From IMG/VR virus record IMGVR_UViG_3300015245_000036: a stretch of 64,000 bases of DNA, one strand, 5' to 3'. Both the position numbers and the translations under genes were made by a program. The DNA comes from an uncultured virus (IMG/VR IMGVR_UViG_3300015245_000036). Its lineage: Duplodnaviria > Heunggongvirae > Uroviricota > Caudoviricetes. The notes below the pieces were generated by a model. That model searched no databases, had not been told where the DNA came from, and saw only the letters and a program-made list of their open reading frames with translations. Of this stretch, positions 36,735 to 46,492 are shown in pieces (within the stretch, counting starts at the first letter, position 1; every line of letters begins with the position of its first letter).

Positions 36735-39096
36735 CTATCCTTATTCGCTGTTGCGCGGCCTGTCCGACTTCTGGACCCGGTTCTTCGCCGACGCCGATCA
36801 GCTCGACGCCCTGTATCGGGGCACGATCATCCAGCTCGGCCAGGCGTACCTGGACTTGCTGTCGAGCGTCCTCAGCGTGTCGTTCAAGGACGCGATCGTG
36901 CTAGACCGCGAGTACTACCAGCTGATCGCGATCCGCGAAGACGAGGTGTCGTTCTCCGCGCTCGACAACCGCTGGACGTTCAACCTGCCGGACCCCGTGG
37001 TCAGCTTCGCGTCGCTAGACAACCGGGTCGTCGAGCCCACCGCGTCCCTCGAGCCGAACCTCGACTTCGAGGTCTCGAGCCGCGTGGTTCGCTTTCGCAT
37101 TGATCCCACCGACCCAGCAGGGGACGGGTCGCCCCTGGTCGGGTTCGCGCGCCGGGCTCTCGACGTCGAGATCGGCGGCCGCTTCTTCGACCCTGGCGTA
37201 TCCGACTGGCGGACGACCGGCGTGCGGAAGGGCGACACGGTCCGGATCCTTGACGTTGGCCCCGACGGAACCCAGCGGCGAAGGGCCGACTACCCAATCA
37301 TCCTGGTCCGCCAAGAGGGCGTCTACGTGACGCCCGACACGCCCCTGCCGACCGGGGGGTCGCTGACGTCAATCAACTACGTGGTGCTCCGCGTCCCTCA
37401 GGCGCCGAATGTGATCGCGGAGTCGTTCACGCTGGCATCCTCCTCAGCCGAGCTGGCGCACACGCGGATCGACGTCGGATCCGTGCGCGTGTTCGCCAAG
37501 GCACCCGATGGCTCCGACGTGGTTGAGGGCGTCGACTACGTTGTCAACTACGAGCAGGGGCTGATCATCACCATCACGACGTGGATTGGAATGATCAGCG
37601 GCGCCGGAACGTTCTCGGCGGACTACTCCTGGCGCACGGAGGTTCGTCCGGCCGGCGGACCATCTCCGCGCCTGGCGACCAACGGCTCGATCGGAGTCGT
37701 CGCAACTGCCCGCGTCCTACAGATTGCGATGTGGGCCCCGGATGCCCGGGTGGACCGTCGAACGTTGGCCAACAACTTCGGCTCGCTGATCGGGCGCTCG
37801 CTGCCCAGCTCGGAGGCCTACCGCGCATTCCTCGCCGGCATCTTCCAGCTGTACGTGCTTGGCCCGGTGCTGGAGCGCATCGAGAGCGCGCTCAACGTCG
37901 TGCTCGGGTACCCAGTGATCCGCGACGACGGGGAGACGTTCCTGTCCGTGGACACGTCCGATCCGAAGTTCGACCGCGTGCTCACATCCCGACCGCCGGC
38001 GGGATTGGTCACGACCTACACCTTTCCCAAGGGAACCCCGTTCCGCGAGGACCTGGTCGCGGGCCTCACGCTCGAGTCGTTCGTGCCGCTTACCACCGTC
38101 GTGTCGGTCGTGGACTGGATCCAGTCCCCGAATTGGTGGCATGGGGCCGTCATCCCCGAGCAGCTTTTTGGAGCCGTCGACGGCGGCCGCCCGGCGGTCT
38201 CGAGACGCACTGCGAGCCCCTTCTACATCGAGAACATCTATGGCGCCGCAGACGGCGCGGTCTATGGTGATCCTGGCTTGATCTACGGCGGCGATGAGGA
38301 CGGATTCATTCCACCGCCTGGCCATCCCGTGCTCCGTCACCGCCTGGCGTTCGTCTTGATGGATCGGTATCTGAAGTACCATACGTTCTCGATCAAGTTT
38401 AACGCCATCGAGCTGGCCTCGGCCATCGGGGTCGCGCTCCCGCAGAGCCTGAAGGACCTCAACGAGCTGGTGCTCACGGCGAGACCGTCCCACACGTTCC
38501 CGTTCACGACCCCCGAGACCTTCTTTAGCGACGAGATCCAAGTCACCGAGTCGACGCTCGCGTTCCATCGCCTGCTCGGGTCCCGCGTGTTCGGCCCTGA
38601 CAAGGTCGTGTACACGGACACCAGTCCGACGTACGGTGAGGGGGTGTGGGCCTTCGGTGACTACTTCAAGTACGAGCTGTTCACCGTCAGCACCGCGTTC
38701 CCGTCGATAGGCGTCCCGGTGACACTGGGCGGCACGCCTGTCGCTCCCCGTCACGGGCGTCTGGTTATCGTGCATTTGGCAGGAACCGCTGCGGGCCGCG
38801 CGCTCGTGGAGAACCTGGACTACTCCGTCAACTACGCGAACAGGACCGTGACGCGTCTAACCGCGTGGGCCTCGAACACGATCAACGTCACGTACCGACA
38901 GCTCAACATCGGCAACCTCGCCGACGCCCCGAAGGGGACGGGCGACATGCAGGTCCTGTACAACGGCGTGGACCCTGCGCTCGTCACCGCTGCGTTCAAC
39001 CCGTCGGCCGCCGGCTGGGACGGGACCGTCAACCCACTCACGGCCCCGCGCGACATCGGTATGGTCGAACGTGCCTTGATCGTTAATCCCCATTGA
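36721..39096 (+). CDS. Baseplate wedge/tail structural protein
   Basis: 791 aa; VEGVDYVVNYEQG and VENLDYSVNYAN modules; RPSHT. Confidence 0.6.
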   Translation: MPIVDYPYSLLRGLSDFWTRFFADADQLDALYRGTIIQLGQAYLDLLSSVLSVSFKDAIVLDREYYQLIAIREDEVSFSALDNRWTFNLPDPVVSFASLDNRVVEPTASLEPNLDFEVSSRVVRFRIDPTDPAGDGSPLVGFARRALDVEIGGRFFDPGVSDWRTTGVRKGDTVRILDVGPDGTQRRRADYPIILVRQEGVYVTPDTPLPTGGSLTSINYVVLRVPQAPNVIAESFTLASSSAELAHTRIDVGSVRVFAKAPDGSDVVEGVDYVVNYEQGLIITITTWIGMISGAGTFSADYSWRTEVRPAGGPSPRLATNGSIGVVATARVLQIAMWAPDARVDRRTLANNFGSLIGRSLPSSEAYRAFLAGIFQLYVLGPVLERIESALNVVLGYPVIRDDGETFLSVDTSDPKFDRVLTSRPPAGLVTTYTFPKGTPFREDLVAGLTLESFVPLTTVVSVVDWIQSPNWWHGAVIPEQLFGAVDGGRPAVSRRTASPFYIENIYGAADGAVYGDPGLIYGGDEDGFIPPPGHPVLRHRLAFVLMDRYLKYHTFSIKFNAIELASAIGVALPQSLKDLNELVLTARPSHTFPFTTPETFFSDEIQVTESTLAFHRLLGSRVFGPDKVVYTDTSPTYGEGVWAFGDYFKYELFTVSTAFPSIGVPVTLGGTPVAPRHGRLVIVHLAGTAAGRALVENLDYSVNYANRTVTRLTAWASNTINVTYRQLNIGNLADAPKGTGDMQVLYNGVDPALVTAAFNPSAAGWDGTVNPLTAPRDIGMVERALIVNPH

Positions 39097-39100
39097 CCCC

Positions 39101-39661
39101 ATGCTGGAGCGAACCTTGCGCACACAACGAACGAAGCAGGAAGGTCTCGACGGCGTACCCATGTGGGGACTCGTCGGGCTCACGATTCGAGACGCCCGCA
39201 CGCGCGAGGTCCGCCGAACGTACGAGATCCGAAACAAGATCACGTTCCTGACCGCCGACCTGCTGGTGGAGTTGATCGCGCAGCGAACGACCGACCCCGC
39301 GCCGGCCAGGAACCTTGTGTACTCGATGCGGATGGGCAGCTCGAACACGGCCGCTCAGCGGTCCGACACGAACCTGGGGGCCTTCGTGATCGGCAAGGTG
39401 CTCGGAGACGTCGGAAAGGTCACCGGCGCGCCGGGCGAGATCCAGTTCGTCACGACCTTGGACTCCGGCGACGCCAACGGGTCCACCATGCGGGAGGCGG
39501 GGCTATTCACTGCCGGCGCGGCCCAGTCAACCAGCGACACGCCGGGGACGACGCCTGGCGCGACGCGCCTGGTCGCGCGGCAGGTCCATCCCGACATCCT
39601 CAAGACGGTGGCGATCGTGATTGACTACTCTTGGACGATCGCGTTCACCGCGATTCCATGA
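39101..39661 (+). CDS. Tail-collar/fibre-attachment protein
   Basis: NKIT...MGSS...DANGSTMREAGLF...LVAR...K...YSWTI. Confidence 0.65.
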   Translation: MLERTLRTQRTKQEGLDGVPMWGLVGLTIRDARTREVRRTYEIRNKITFLTADLLVELIAQRTTDPAPARNLVYSMRMGSSNTAAQRSDTNLGAFVIGKVLGDVGKVTGAPGEIQFVTTLDSGDANGSTMREAGLFTAGAAQSTSDTPGTTPGATRLVARQVHPDILKTVAIVIDYSWTIAFTAIP

Positions 39662-39676
39662 ACGGAGGAGCGGACC

Positions 39677-41353
39677 ATGTCAGGAAGCGTGAAGCAGTTC
39701 GTCGATTTTACGGGCAACACCAACAACGACACGGGCGCGAATACCGTGGCCTCCATCCAGCCGATCGCCAACGGGGAGGCCGTCGACGGGACCGTGTCCG
39801 GTCGACCGGGCGAGAGTCTGCGCCAGCGTACCGAGGCCATCCGCGACGTCATGGCGGATTCGCTGTACCTTCGCGATTCTGACCGCAACTTCATCGCGTT
39901 TTGTCTCGGCGGAATTACATGGCCGGGCAGCACAACGGTCTCTGCCAGTGGCATACCTGTACTTACCAACACACTCTATCTGGTGCCGATGCTCACGCCC
40001 GGAGCAATCCAATTCGGAGCCCCGCCCATCGCATCTGCATTCGGTGTCTTGCACCTCAAACGGTCAAGCGACAGCGCGAACGCGGTCTCAGTGACGAGCC
40101 GGCGCCGGAGTTACGCTGCGGGAGATCAGATCAACGTGACCGTCACGTCTGGCGGCTCGTTTTCATGCTCGCTCGACGTTGAAATTGGTTATCGCAGGAC
40201 GATCAAGATCGTAGCCACCGGGTCCACTACACTGGGCGCTGTGATCACCGCGCTCAACGGGCTGATCCCTCCCGCGCCTGACAACACGCAACTTGTGACC
40301 GCAGCGCTTGAAGGCGGAGCGTCGTCAGGCGATCTTTTCCTTGCACCACAAGCCCGGCAGGTTGCCGTGGGAAATTACGACGCCGAGGGTCATCAGATCG
40401 CCGTTAGCACTCTGTCGAGCTTCTTTTCTAGTAACCCCACGCAGGCTCTCGCGGAAGGCGATTCGTTGTGTGTTCGTTACGATACGGTGACCGACCCCGC
40501 CTCTACAGGAGGACGCCGACAGTCGCTTGTCGAGAACAGCAATACCTCCGTGCCTGCGGGTTCATTGTTCAACAGCCGAGTGCACCCCGAATTCTTGGTT
40601 AACGCTCTACCCATCTGTAAGGTGTTCAACAACAGCCTAGTGTTCGGAACGGGTTGTGAAATCAGGCCAGGCTCTGTTGCCGGACGATTAGACGGGGGAG
40701 ACGGGACAAATATTTCGTATGGCGGTGGCGCTGCATGGGCTGATGGGACCGCGAATCCGGCGACGACAGTTGAAGGTCAATTCGATAAAATCATCAATGA
40801 CCTGGTGGGTGCAACTGGGTCTGCAAAAATTCAAGGTGTTGCCAATGCTGATTTGGCGGCAGGCACCGTTAAACAACAAATCGATCTTTTGTCGAGCGGT
40901 TGGCTTAAGGTAGGAAAGTTTGTCAATGCTACATGGCCCCTGGCCGGTTCAGCTTTCCTTTTAATATCGGGTGGCGCTGTTCCTGACGGCTCCAGCGGGT
41001 GGAATTTCCCTACCACGGGCGTCATTCAGGCGAATTTAGGTCTGCCCGCGAGCGCAGTACTTACTAAGTTGCGTGTCCGATACAATCGGAACGGCGCCAA
41101 TGCTTTTCAAGTGCAAATGGGTTCGATAGATTTAACTACGGGCAGCGGCGGCTCTAGCTCCGTCTTCGACGATTTGATTAGCGTAGGAGACTCAGTGATT
41201 GACATCATTAATTTTGGAGTTAACGGGTCAGGTGAGTTTAACGGGACGTCAGGGCCGTATACATTGTTGAGCAGTAGAATTTACTATATACAAGTATCAT
41301 TCAACAGAGCTATTGGGACACCCCAATTCATTGGCGCGATAATCAACCCCTAG
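39677..41353 (+). CDS. Tail fibre/receptor-binding protein
   Basis: Last gene of the tail operon; Gly/Ser/Thr-rich; GC falls visibly toward the C-terminus. Confidence 0.6.
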   Translation: MSGSVKQFVDFTGNTNNDTGANTVASIQPIANGEAVDGTVSGRPGESLRQRTEAIRDVMADSLYLRDSDRNFIAFCLGGITWPGSTTVSASGIPVLTNTLYLVPMLTPGAIQFGAPPIASAFGVLHLKRSSDSANAVSVTSRRRSYAAGDQINVTVTSGGSFSCSLDVEIGYRRTIKIVATGSTTLGAVITALNGLIPPAPDNTQLVTAALEGGASSGDLFLAPQARQVAVGNYDAEGHQIAVSTLSSFFSSNPTQALAEGDSLCVRYDTVTDPASTGGRRQSLVENSNTSVPAGSLFNSRVHPEFLVNALPICKVFNNSLVFGTGCEIRPGSVAGRLDGGDGTNISYGGGAAWADGTANPATTVEGQFDKIINDLVGATGSAKIQGVANADLAAGTVKQQIDLLSSGWLKVGKFVNATWPLAGSAFLLISGGAVPDGSSGWNFPTTGVIQANLGLPASAVLTKLRVRYNRNGANAFQVQMGSIDLTTGSGGSSSVFDDLISVGDSVIDIINFGVNGSGEFNGTSGPYTLLSSRIYYIQVSFNRAIGTPQFIGAIINP

Positions 41354-41787
41354 AGGCCACAAGTAGTACGAGGCGCCATATGGTTGTCGTTGTATGCAAA
41401 CCCGAGGGTGGCCACAGCTGTTAACGTGAGCAGCCCATCAACCACAAAGGGAGGAAGAGTATTAAGATACCCTTCACTAATCGGGTTGGGTATACGGTCC
41501 TCCCCCTGAGGAAGCACCATGAGTGCCGTAATCACACCCAAGTTGACGCCCAGGCCTCCGTACAACGCCAAGGCACTGGGCTGTTTCCCAAGCGCGGCGT
41601 TGGTTTCCACCTGGGGTCCGCCCGAATGAATCGCGGCGTTGGTCTGCATGGTGGAACATGCAGCCCCAACAGTTGCCAGGCCTGCCATGGTGTATTGGTA
41701 GGCCCTATGCTGTCCAGGAGAACAACTGACCAATATCAGGGTTGAAATCATGATAACGATGACTATCAACGTACGTACCTTATCCAT
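41350..41787 (-). CDS. Putative membrane lipoprotein
   Basis: Basic N-terminus, hydrophobic stretch, lipobox-like LVSC; further hydrophobic segments. Confidence 0.55.
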   Translation of the reverse strand: MDKVRTLIVIVIMISTLILVSCSPGQHRAYQYTMAGLATVGAACSTMQTNAAIHSGGPQVETNAALGKQPSALALYGGLGVNLGVITALMVLPQGEDRIPNPISEGYLNTLPPFVVDGLLTLTAVATLGFAYNDNHMAPRTTCGL

Positions 41788-41816
41788 ACAGTCTTATACC
41801 TTACGAGGTTACTCAT

Positions 41817-42026
41817 TTAAGTGATCTCCATGCTCATTGCCTCCGTAGGCAACCATTGCTCGTAGGTATAGTCGCCGCCGGCGAGCCGGCGAACCACGAT
41901 TTTTCCCACGCGAACATCCACAAGGCAAGCGCCGCACACCGTTGCGACTGTTCGGGCCTTATTGGTTACAACCAACCCCTGATTGGCTTCATTGAACGAC
42001 TCACTGCAATTGCTGCATGTCTGCAT
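41817..42026 (-). CDS. Small zinc-ribbon protein
   Basis: CSNC...CGAC. Confidence 0.55.
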   Translation of the reverse strand: MQTCSNCSESFNEANQGLVVTNKARTVATVCGACLVDVRVGKIVVRRLAGGDYTYEQWLPTEAMSMEIT

Positions 42027-42065
42027 CTGCCATGATTACCACGCAATCACGGCCCTCGTCACGCG

Positions 42066-44366
42066 TCACGCGATGGAGCAGGCGCCGCCCTGGCAGGCGA
42101 TCTCGCCGGCGAGGTCGGTGCCGTCCTCGACCTCGACGATCGACAGGTAGTCGATCGGCTCGTACTTGGCGACCAGCTCGTTGAAGCGGCGCTCCTGGTC
42201 GTCGGTCACCACGGCCTCGAACGGCATGAACGGCAGGACCGGGTCCTCGGGGAGCAGCGAGACGCCCGTGAAGCTGTCGCGATGGGTCCACAGATAGTCG
42301 GCGACTTGGTCCCACTCGTGAGGCGCGACGTTGACCGTGTTGCTGACGTTGTGGTTGAGGCCCGGAGATCTTCCGGAGTCGTCGGTTCCGGGAAGCACCC
42401 AGTTCTGCTGCGTTGAGCGCACCATCTCGAGGAACTCGATTGCGCCGATGTCCTTCTTGATGATCGCACCGTCGGGCGCTTGGACTGGGAATTCGATCAC
42501 GTACTTGCCATCGGGCTTACGCACGCACATGTGCGGGTTCGCGGCCTTGAAGGCCTGGAACACCGTCTCGTACTCGTCGGCGGTCACGCGGCGGACGTAG
42601 CGCCGAGCGTGATGCGCGTGGTGGCCGCTGCCGACGCTACCCAGCTCGAGAGACGTCGTGCCGCTGGGCTTGACGCACGTGGTGCGCGCCGCCGGGTTGA
42701 TGCCGATCTGGGCCGCGTAGTCGGCGTTCCACTCCTTGATGCGCCCGGCGATCGCGCGCTGGTACTCGGGATTGCACGAGATGTGAGGCGCGTCGAGCAT
42801 GCCCGTCATGCCGATGCCGAGCAGCGCGTCGCGCCGCGCGATCAGCTCGCTGGCGAAGCCCAGGTACGGGAAGCTCGTGTAGCCCGCCTGGAGCGTGCCG
42901 ATCAGCGTGGCCGCGCGAGCTGCCTCGACGAAGTCCTCGAACGAGGTCAGCTTTGCGGCGTTGATCTCGCAGAGGTTGCAGAACGCCCAACCGGTGACGA
43001 ACAAGTCGCGCGTGCCGCGGAACGCGTTCGCGATGCTCGGCATGTTGGTCTCCGCCCAGGCGATGACCGAGTCGTCGATCTTCAGCCGAGGGTCGAGCCC
43101 GATCTCGGCGCACGGGTTCGTCCCGTAGTGGCTCTGCTCGAGGAACACGAAGCCCGGCTCGCCGAACTCGCGGATCATCTCGAACACGCGCTTGAACTGC
43201 GCTTCCTTCGTCTCGTGACGCAGCAGCGCCACAGAGTTGTTGGCGTAGGCGAAGTACGGCTCGCGATCCTCCTTCCACCAGTCGCCCGTCTTACACACCA
43301 TCATCTCGCCGTCGTCGGGTGAGAACAGCGCAATCATGGCGCTGCGGCGAATCCCGCCGGACAGCACGGCGCCGGCTGCGTGGCACAGGATGCGGTGGCA
43401 CTCGATCGGGCGGAGCTTGCGGCCCTGCGCACCGTGCAACACCCTACGGATCGCTTCGAGAGCCGCCTTGAGCTTGATGTGTCCAGGCGCGCGGCCGCCT
43501 GACGTCTTGAGCGGAGACCCCGCCGGACGGATCAGGTGGTACGAAAACTCGACGTGCGTACCTTCGACGAAACTTTCGACCAGTGCGTCAACCGCGTCGG
43601 CCCAGCCCTCGATCGTGTCCGCGATGACGTGGTGCACGACGCGCTTTTCGTCGACGTAGCCGATTCGAGGGAGCTTGCCGACGTGCTCGAACTGCACCGA
43701 GTAGCCCACGCCACAGCCCGACAGGAGCAGAAACATCGCCTCGGCGAACGCGCGGGCCCTGTCGATGAGCGTGAACGAGCAGTTGTACATCCTGTTATGG
43801 TTGGTCTCGATCGCCGCGCCGCCGAACTGCATCGAGCGCATCGACGGCAGGACGCGCTTGTCGCGAACCAGGCCGAACGCCCACGCGATCTCCTCGCGCA
43901 GTCCCTTCACGCTCGCGTACCTGCGCTGGTGCATGTCCTCGGCGCGAGCGACGGTCTCGTCGTAGACCTCACGGCGAAGCAGGGACGGCTGATAGCGCGC
44001 GTACTTGCTCGCGTGGATGTAGTTGGCGATCGCGCTAGGGTCCAGGGCACGCCGGGCACGCCGGGCGTCCGTCCTACGCTGCCGATAGATGATGTACGCC
44101 TTGGCGACCGCGAACTCCCGAAATGACATCAACGCGATTTCGACCGCGTCCTGGACGTCTTCCACGGTGACCTCGACGTCGCCGAGGGCTCTCGACGCCT
44201 TCATCGCCACGCTGCGAAGCGTCGCGTCCTTCGGCGGCGGGCCCTTCACCTCGATCCACGCCTTGCGCACGGCGTCCTCTATCTTGGCGACGCTGAACGG
44301 TTGCGTGGTCACGCCATCGCGCTTTCGCACCGTGGGCGGTGAGGTGAACAGGGCGAGTTCTTCCAT
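42066..44366 (-). CDS. nrdJ: Class II (adenosylcobalamin-dependent) ribonucleoside-triphosphate reductase with ATP cone
   Basis: KRDG ATP cone, PSMR, YNCSF, GCGVG, GGIRRSA, TNPCAEI, CNL, TCVKPSGT, C-terminal CQGGAC. Confidence 0.92.
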   Translation of the reverse strand: MEELALFTSPPTVRKRDGVTTQPFSVAKIEDAVRKAWIEVKGPPPKDATLRSVAMKASRALGDVEVTVEDVQDAVEIALMSFREFAVAKAYIIYRQRRTDARRARRALDPSAIANYIHASKYARYQPSLLRREVYDETVARAEDMHQRRYASVKGLREEIAWAFGLVRDKRVLPSMRSMQFGGAAIETNHNRMYNCSFTLIDRARAFAEAMFLLLSGCGVGYSVQFEHVGKLPRIGYVDEKRVVHHVIADTIEGWADAVDALVESFVEGTHVEFSYHLIRPAGSPLKTSGGRAPGHIKLKAALEAIRRVLHGAQGRKLRPIECHRILCHAAGAVLSGGIRRSAMIALFSPDDGEMMVCKTGDWWKEDREPYFAYANNSVALLRHETKEAQFKRVFEMIREFGEPGFVFLEQSHYGTNPCAEIGLDPRLKIDDSVIAWAETNMPSIANAFRGTRDLFVTGWAFCNLCEINAAKLTSFEDFVEAARAATLIGTLQAGYTSFPYLGFASELIARRDALLGIGMTGMLDAPHISCNPEYQRAIAGRIKEWNADYAAQIGINPAARTTCVKPSGTTSLELGSVGSGHHAHHARRYVRRVTADEYETVFQAFKAANPHMCVRKPDGKYVIEFPVQAPDGAIIKKDIGAIEFLEMVRSTQQNWVLPGTDDSGRSPGLNHNVSNTVNVAPHEWDQVADYLWTHRDSFTGVSLLPEDPVLPFMPFEAVVTDDQERRFNELVAKYEPIDYLSIVEVEDGTDLAGEIACQGGACSIA

Positions 44367-44380
44367 CGGCTCGGTCTCCT

Positions 44381-44947
44381 TCAGACGGGGTTTTCCACGA
44401 GCCGACGAGGCCGGGGCCTCGACTTCTTGCGTGGCGGACTCGTGATGCTGCGAATCACCTCGAGCTTGGACCTCTGTCGAGGTCGTGTCTCAGGGCTATC
44501 GTCGGACAGTGCCAGCGCGATGCGCGCCAGAAAGTAAGCGTCCGCTTGGTTGTGGTCGCCGGGGCGCGCTCCGTCCGCGATCGCCGCCGCGACCATCTCA
44601 TCCTTGTCGGCCTCGGTGCGCCCGGTGGCCCACTTTTTCAGGTTGACCGGCGGCACATCGACGCGGGGGACACCACACTCGTGAACGAGCAGGCGAAGCA
44701 CCCCGCCGATCTCACCCAAGGAGAACGCCTGGTTGATCGCGCCAAAGGCGTAGCCCTCGACCGCGGCGTAGACAACATCCATGCCATCCACGAACGCGGC
44801 CGTAACCGTCTTGATCATGGCGAGCCGCGCCATGTCCCGGAGGCCGGCGGGAAGCACCGTCGTGGACCGCAGAACGAGTCCGACGCCGGACACCAGGCAG
44901 AGCCCGGTCCCTTCCAGCGAGGCGTCGATCCCTAGGTACGATGGCAT
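44381..44947 (-). CDS. ruvC: RuvC-like Holliday junction resolvase
   Basis: LGIDASL..TG, VEGY, LGEIGG, LKKWATG...K, NQADA. Confidence 0.85.
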   Translation of the reverse strand: MPSYLGIDASLEGTGLCLVSGVGLVLRSTTVLPAGLRDMARLAMIKTVTAAFVDGMDVVYAAVEGYAFGAINQAFSLGEIGGVLRLLVHECGVPRVDVPPVNLKKWATGRTEADKDEMVAAAIADGARPGDHNQADAYFLARIALALSDDSPETRPRQRSKLEVIRSITSPPRKKSRPRPRRLVENPV

Positions 44948-45027
44948 GGCGCCGTGATGGATTCCCACGCTACTATTGCCTTGGGATCTATGCAATTGAA
45001 TCTAACGTTTTGTTTGATTGGAGGACC

Positions 45028-45411
45028 ATGTCGGCCGTGTCTCTAACGCTTCATCAGACGACCTCGGTGACGCAGAACGACAACGGGGCATCCTACCAGG
45101 CGACCAATGTCATCGAGGCTGCTCGGGGGATCGAGCGCGAGGTGTTCGTCTACCGGACGGATACCAAAGGGTTCGATCATTACGCCACGCCTGCTGACCT
45201 GGCCACCGTTCCGGTGTCCTTCGAGCTTGCCGTCGTGGACCGCCTACCCTTCTATCGACAGGACAGCCTCACTCGAAAGTGGCCGACGCTCGGCCTGATG
45301 CAGGACGATCTCGCGGTGACCGAGGCGCGTCTTCGTGGGCTGGCCCGCGAGGTGTCGCAGCGAGGCTCTGCGGCGGTGATCGACAAGACCATCGACATCG
45401 AGGTCGGCTGA
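45028..45411 (+). CDS. Hypothetical protein (possibly virion)
   Basis: GGAGG RBS; TGATG coupling. Confidence 0.6.
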   Translation: MSAVSLTLHQTTSVTQNDNGASYQATNVIEAARGIEREVFVYRTDTKGFDHYATPADLATVPVSFELAVVDRLPFYRQDSLTRKWPTLGLMQDDLAVTEARLRGLAREVSQRGSAAVIDKTIDIEVG

Positions 45412-46400
45412 TGGCGACGTTTGACCAAACGCGACACGTCGAGCTAGTCGCCGGCGGTGATCAGGCCTTCGTGATCGAGAACGAGATGAAGGCGGCCGCG
45501 ATCCCAGTCGAGCTTCCTCACCTCAGTGTGTTCCTGGTGAACGTCGTCGACCCCTTCGATCCCAAGCAGGACTCGCTCGCTCGCGTCGCGACCCTCGCCG
45601 ATCTGACTCTCGTGCCCATCGGAAGGGACGCGGGAATCGCGACGCCCGGCGCCGATGGCGTCCAGTTCCTGTCTGCCTCGTGGATCGCCTCGTACAGCAC
45701 GCTGGAGACGGGATTGAACGCGGCGCAAGCGTTTCGCGACCGTGTCAACAAGCTGGTCGTCGACTGGCAGACGTTCCGCACGCAGTTCAACGCGCCGAGC
45801 CCTACGTCGGCAGTTTATACGTTCCCCGCGACGGACACTTCGCCTCGAACGACGCTGATCAACGCGTACAAGGTAGCCAAGCAAGATCGCTACCAGAAGC
45901 AGCTCGCGAAGACCGCGGCGGATACCGCGCTCACCGCGGCGCAAGCGGACAACACATACAAGCAGGGCCTGCTCTCAACCCTCGCGCCGGTCGTCGCCGC
46001 GGTCACGACAAACCAGTCGGAGATGACGCAAGTCATCGGGTTCCTCACGTCGCTGCAGGCGGCGGGAACCACGTTCGCAGGCGCCAATCCGAGTGGAACG
46101 GGGATCGCGGCCTTCCAGACAGCGTTGACACTGGCTGCCTCGCAAGGCGCGCAAGCCGTGGCGTTCAGCGCTGACGCCAGCACCCTGCTGGGACTCGTCG
46201 GAACCTACCAGAACGTGAGGCAGAGCGACGCCTCGACGGCGGCAACCACCATCACGACCGCCACGATCGATCAGATCGCCAAGACGCAGGCGCTGTCCGC
46301 CGCGGTCGCGATTGAGACTGCGGCGCTGTCCGCCGTCCTCGCGGTGTGCCCGGACTTCAACAAGCACTCGATTCCGTTCGTCGACGACACCGAGCCGTAG
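45411..46400 (+). CDS. Hypothetical Ala/Thr-rich coiled-coil protein (possibly virion)
   Basis: 329 aa, coupled start. Confidence 0.6.
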   Translation: MATFDQTRHVELVAGGDQAFVIENEMKAAAIPVELPHLSVFLVNVVDPFDPKQDSLARVATLADLTLVPIGRDAGIATPGADGVQFLSASWIASYSTLETGLNAAQAFRDRVNKLVVDWQTFRTQFNAPSPTSAVYTFPATDTSPRTTLINAYKVAKQDRYQKQLAKTAADTALTAAQADNTYKQGLLSTLAPVVAAVTTNQSEMTQVIGFLTSLQAAGTTFAGANPSGTGIAAFQTALTLAASQGAQAVAFSADASTLLGLVGTYQNVRQSDASTAATTITTATIDQIAKTQALSAAVAIETAALSAVLAVCPDFNKHSIPFVDDTEP

Positions 46401-46405
46401 GGGCC

Positions 46406-46444
46406 AAAAAAAGGAACCGCGTCAGTCGGTTGGCGCGGTTCCTT
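46406..46444 (-). terminator. Rho-independent terminator between convergent genes
   Basis: Minus strand: AAGGAACCGCG...CGCGGTTCC followed by T7. Confidence 0.8.
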
Positions 46445-46492
46445 CCGAAGGAGCCCAGGGCCGCCTTCGCTTCCACGGTCAAGCCTACTGGA

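Noticed and set aside
39677..41353. Diversity-generating retroelement or invertible fibre cassette
   Set aside because: No reverse transcriptase, template/variable repeat pair, invertase or flanking inverted repeats seen.
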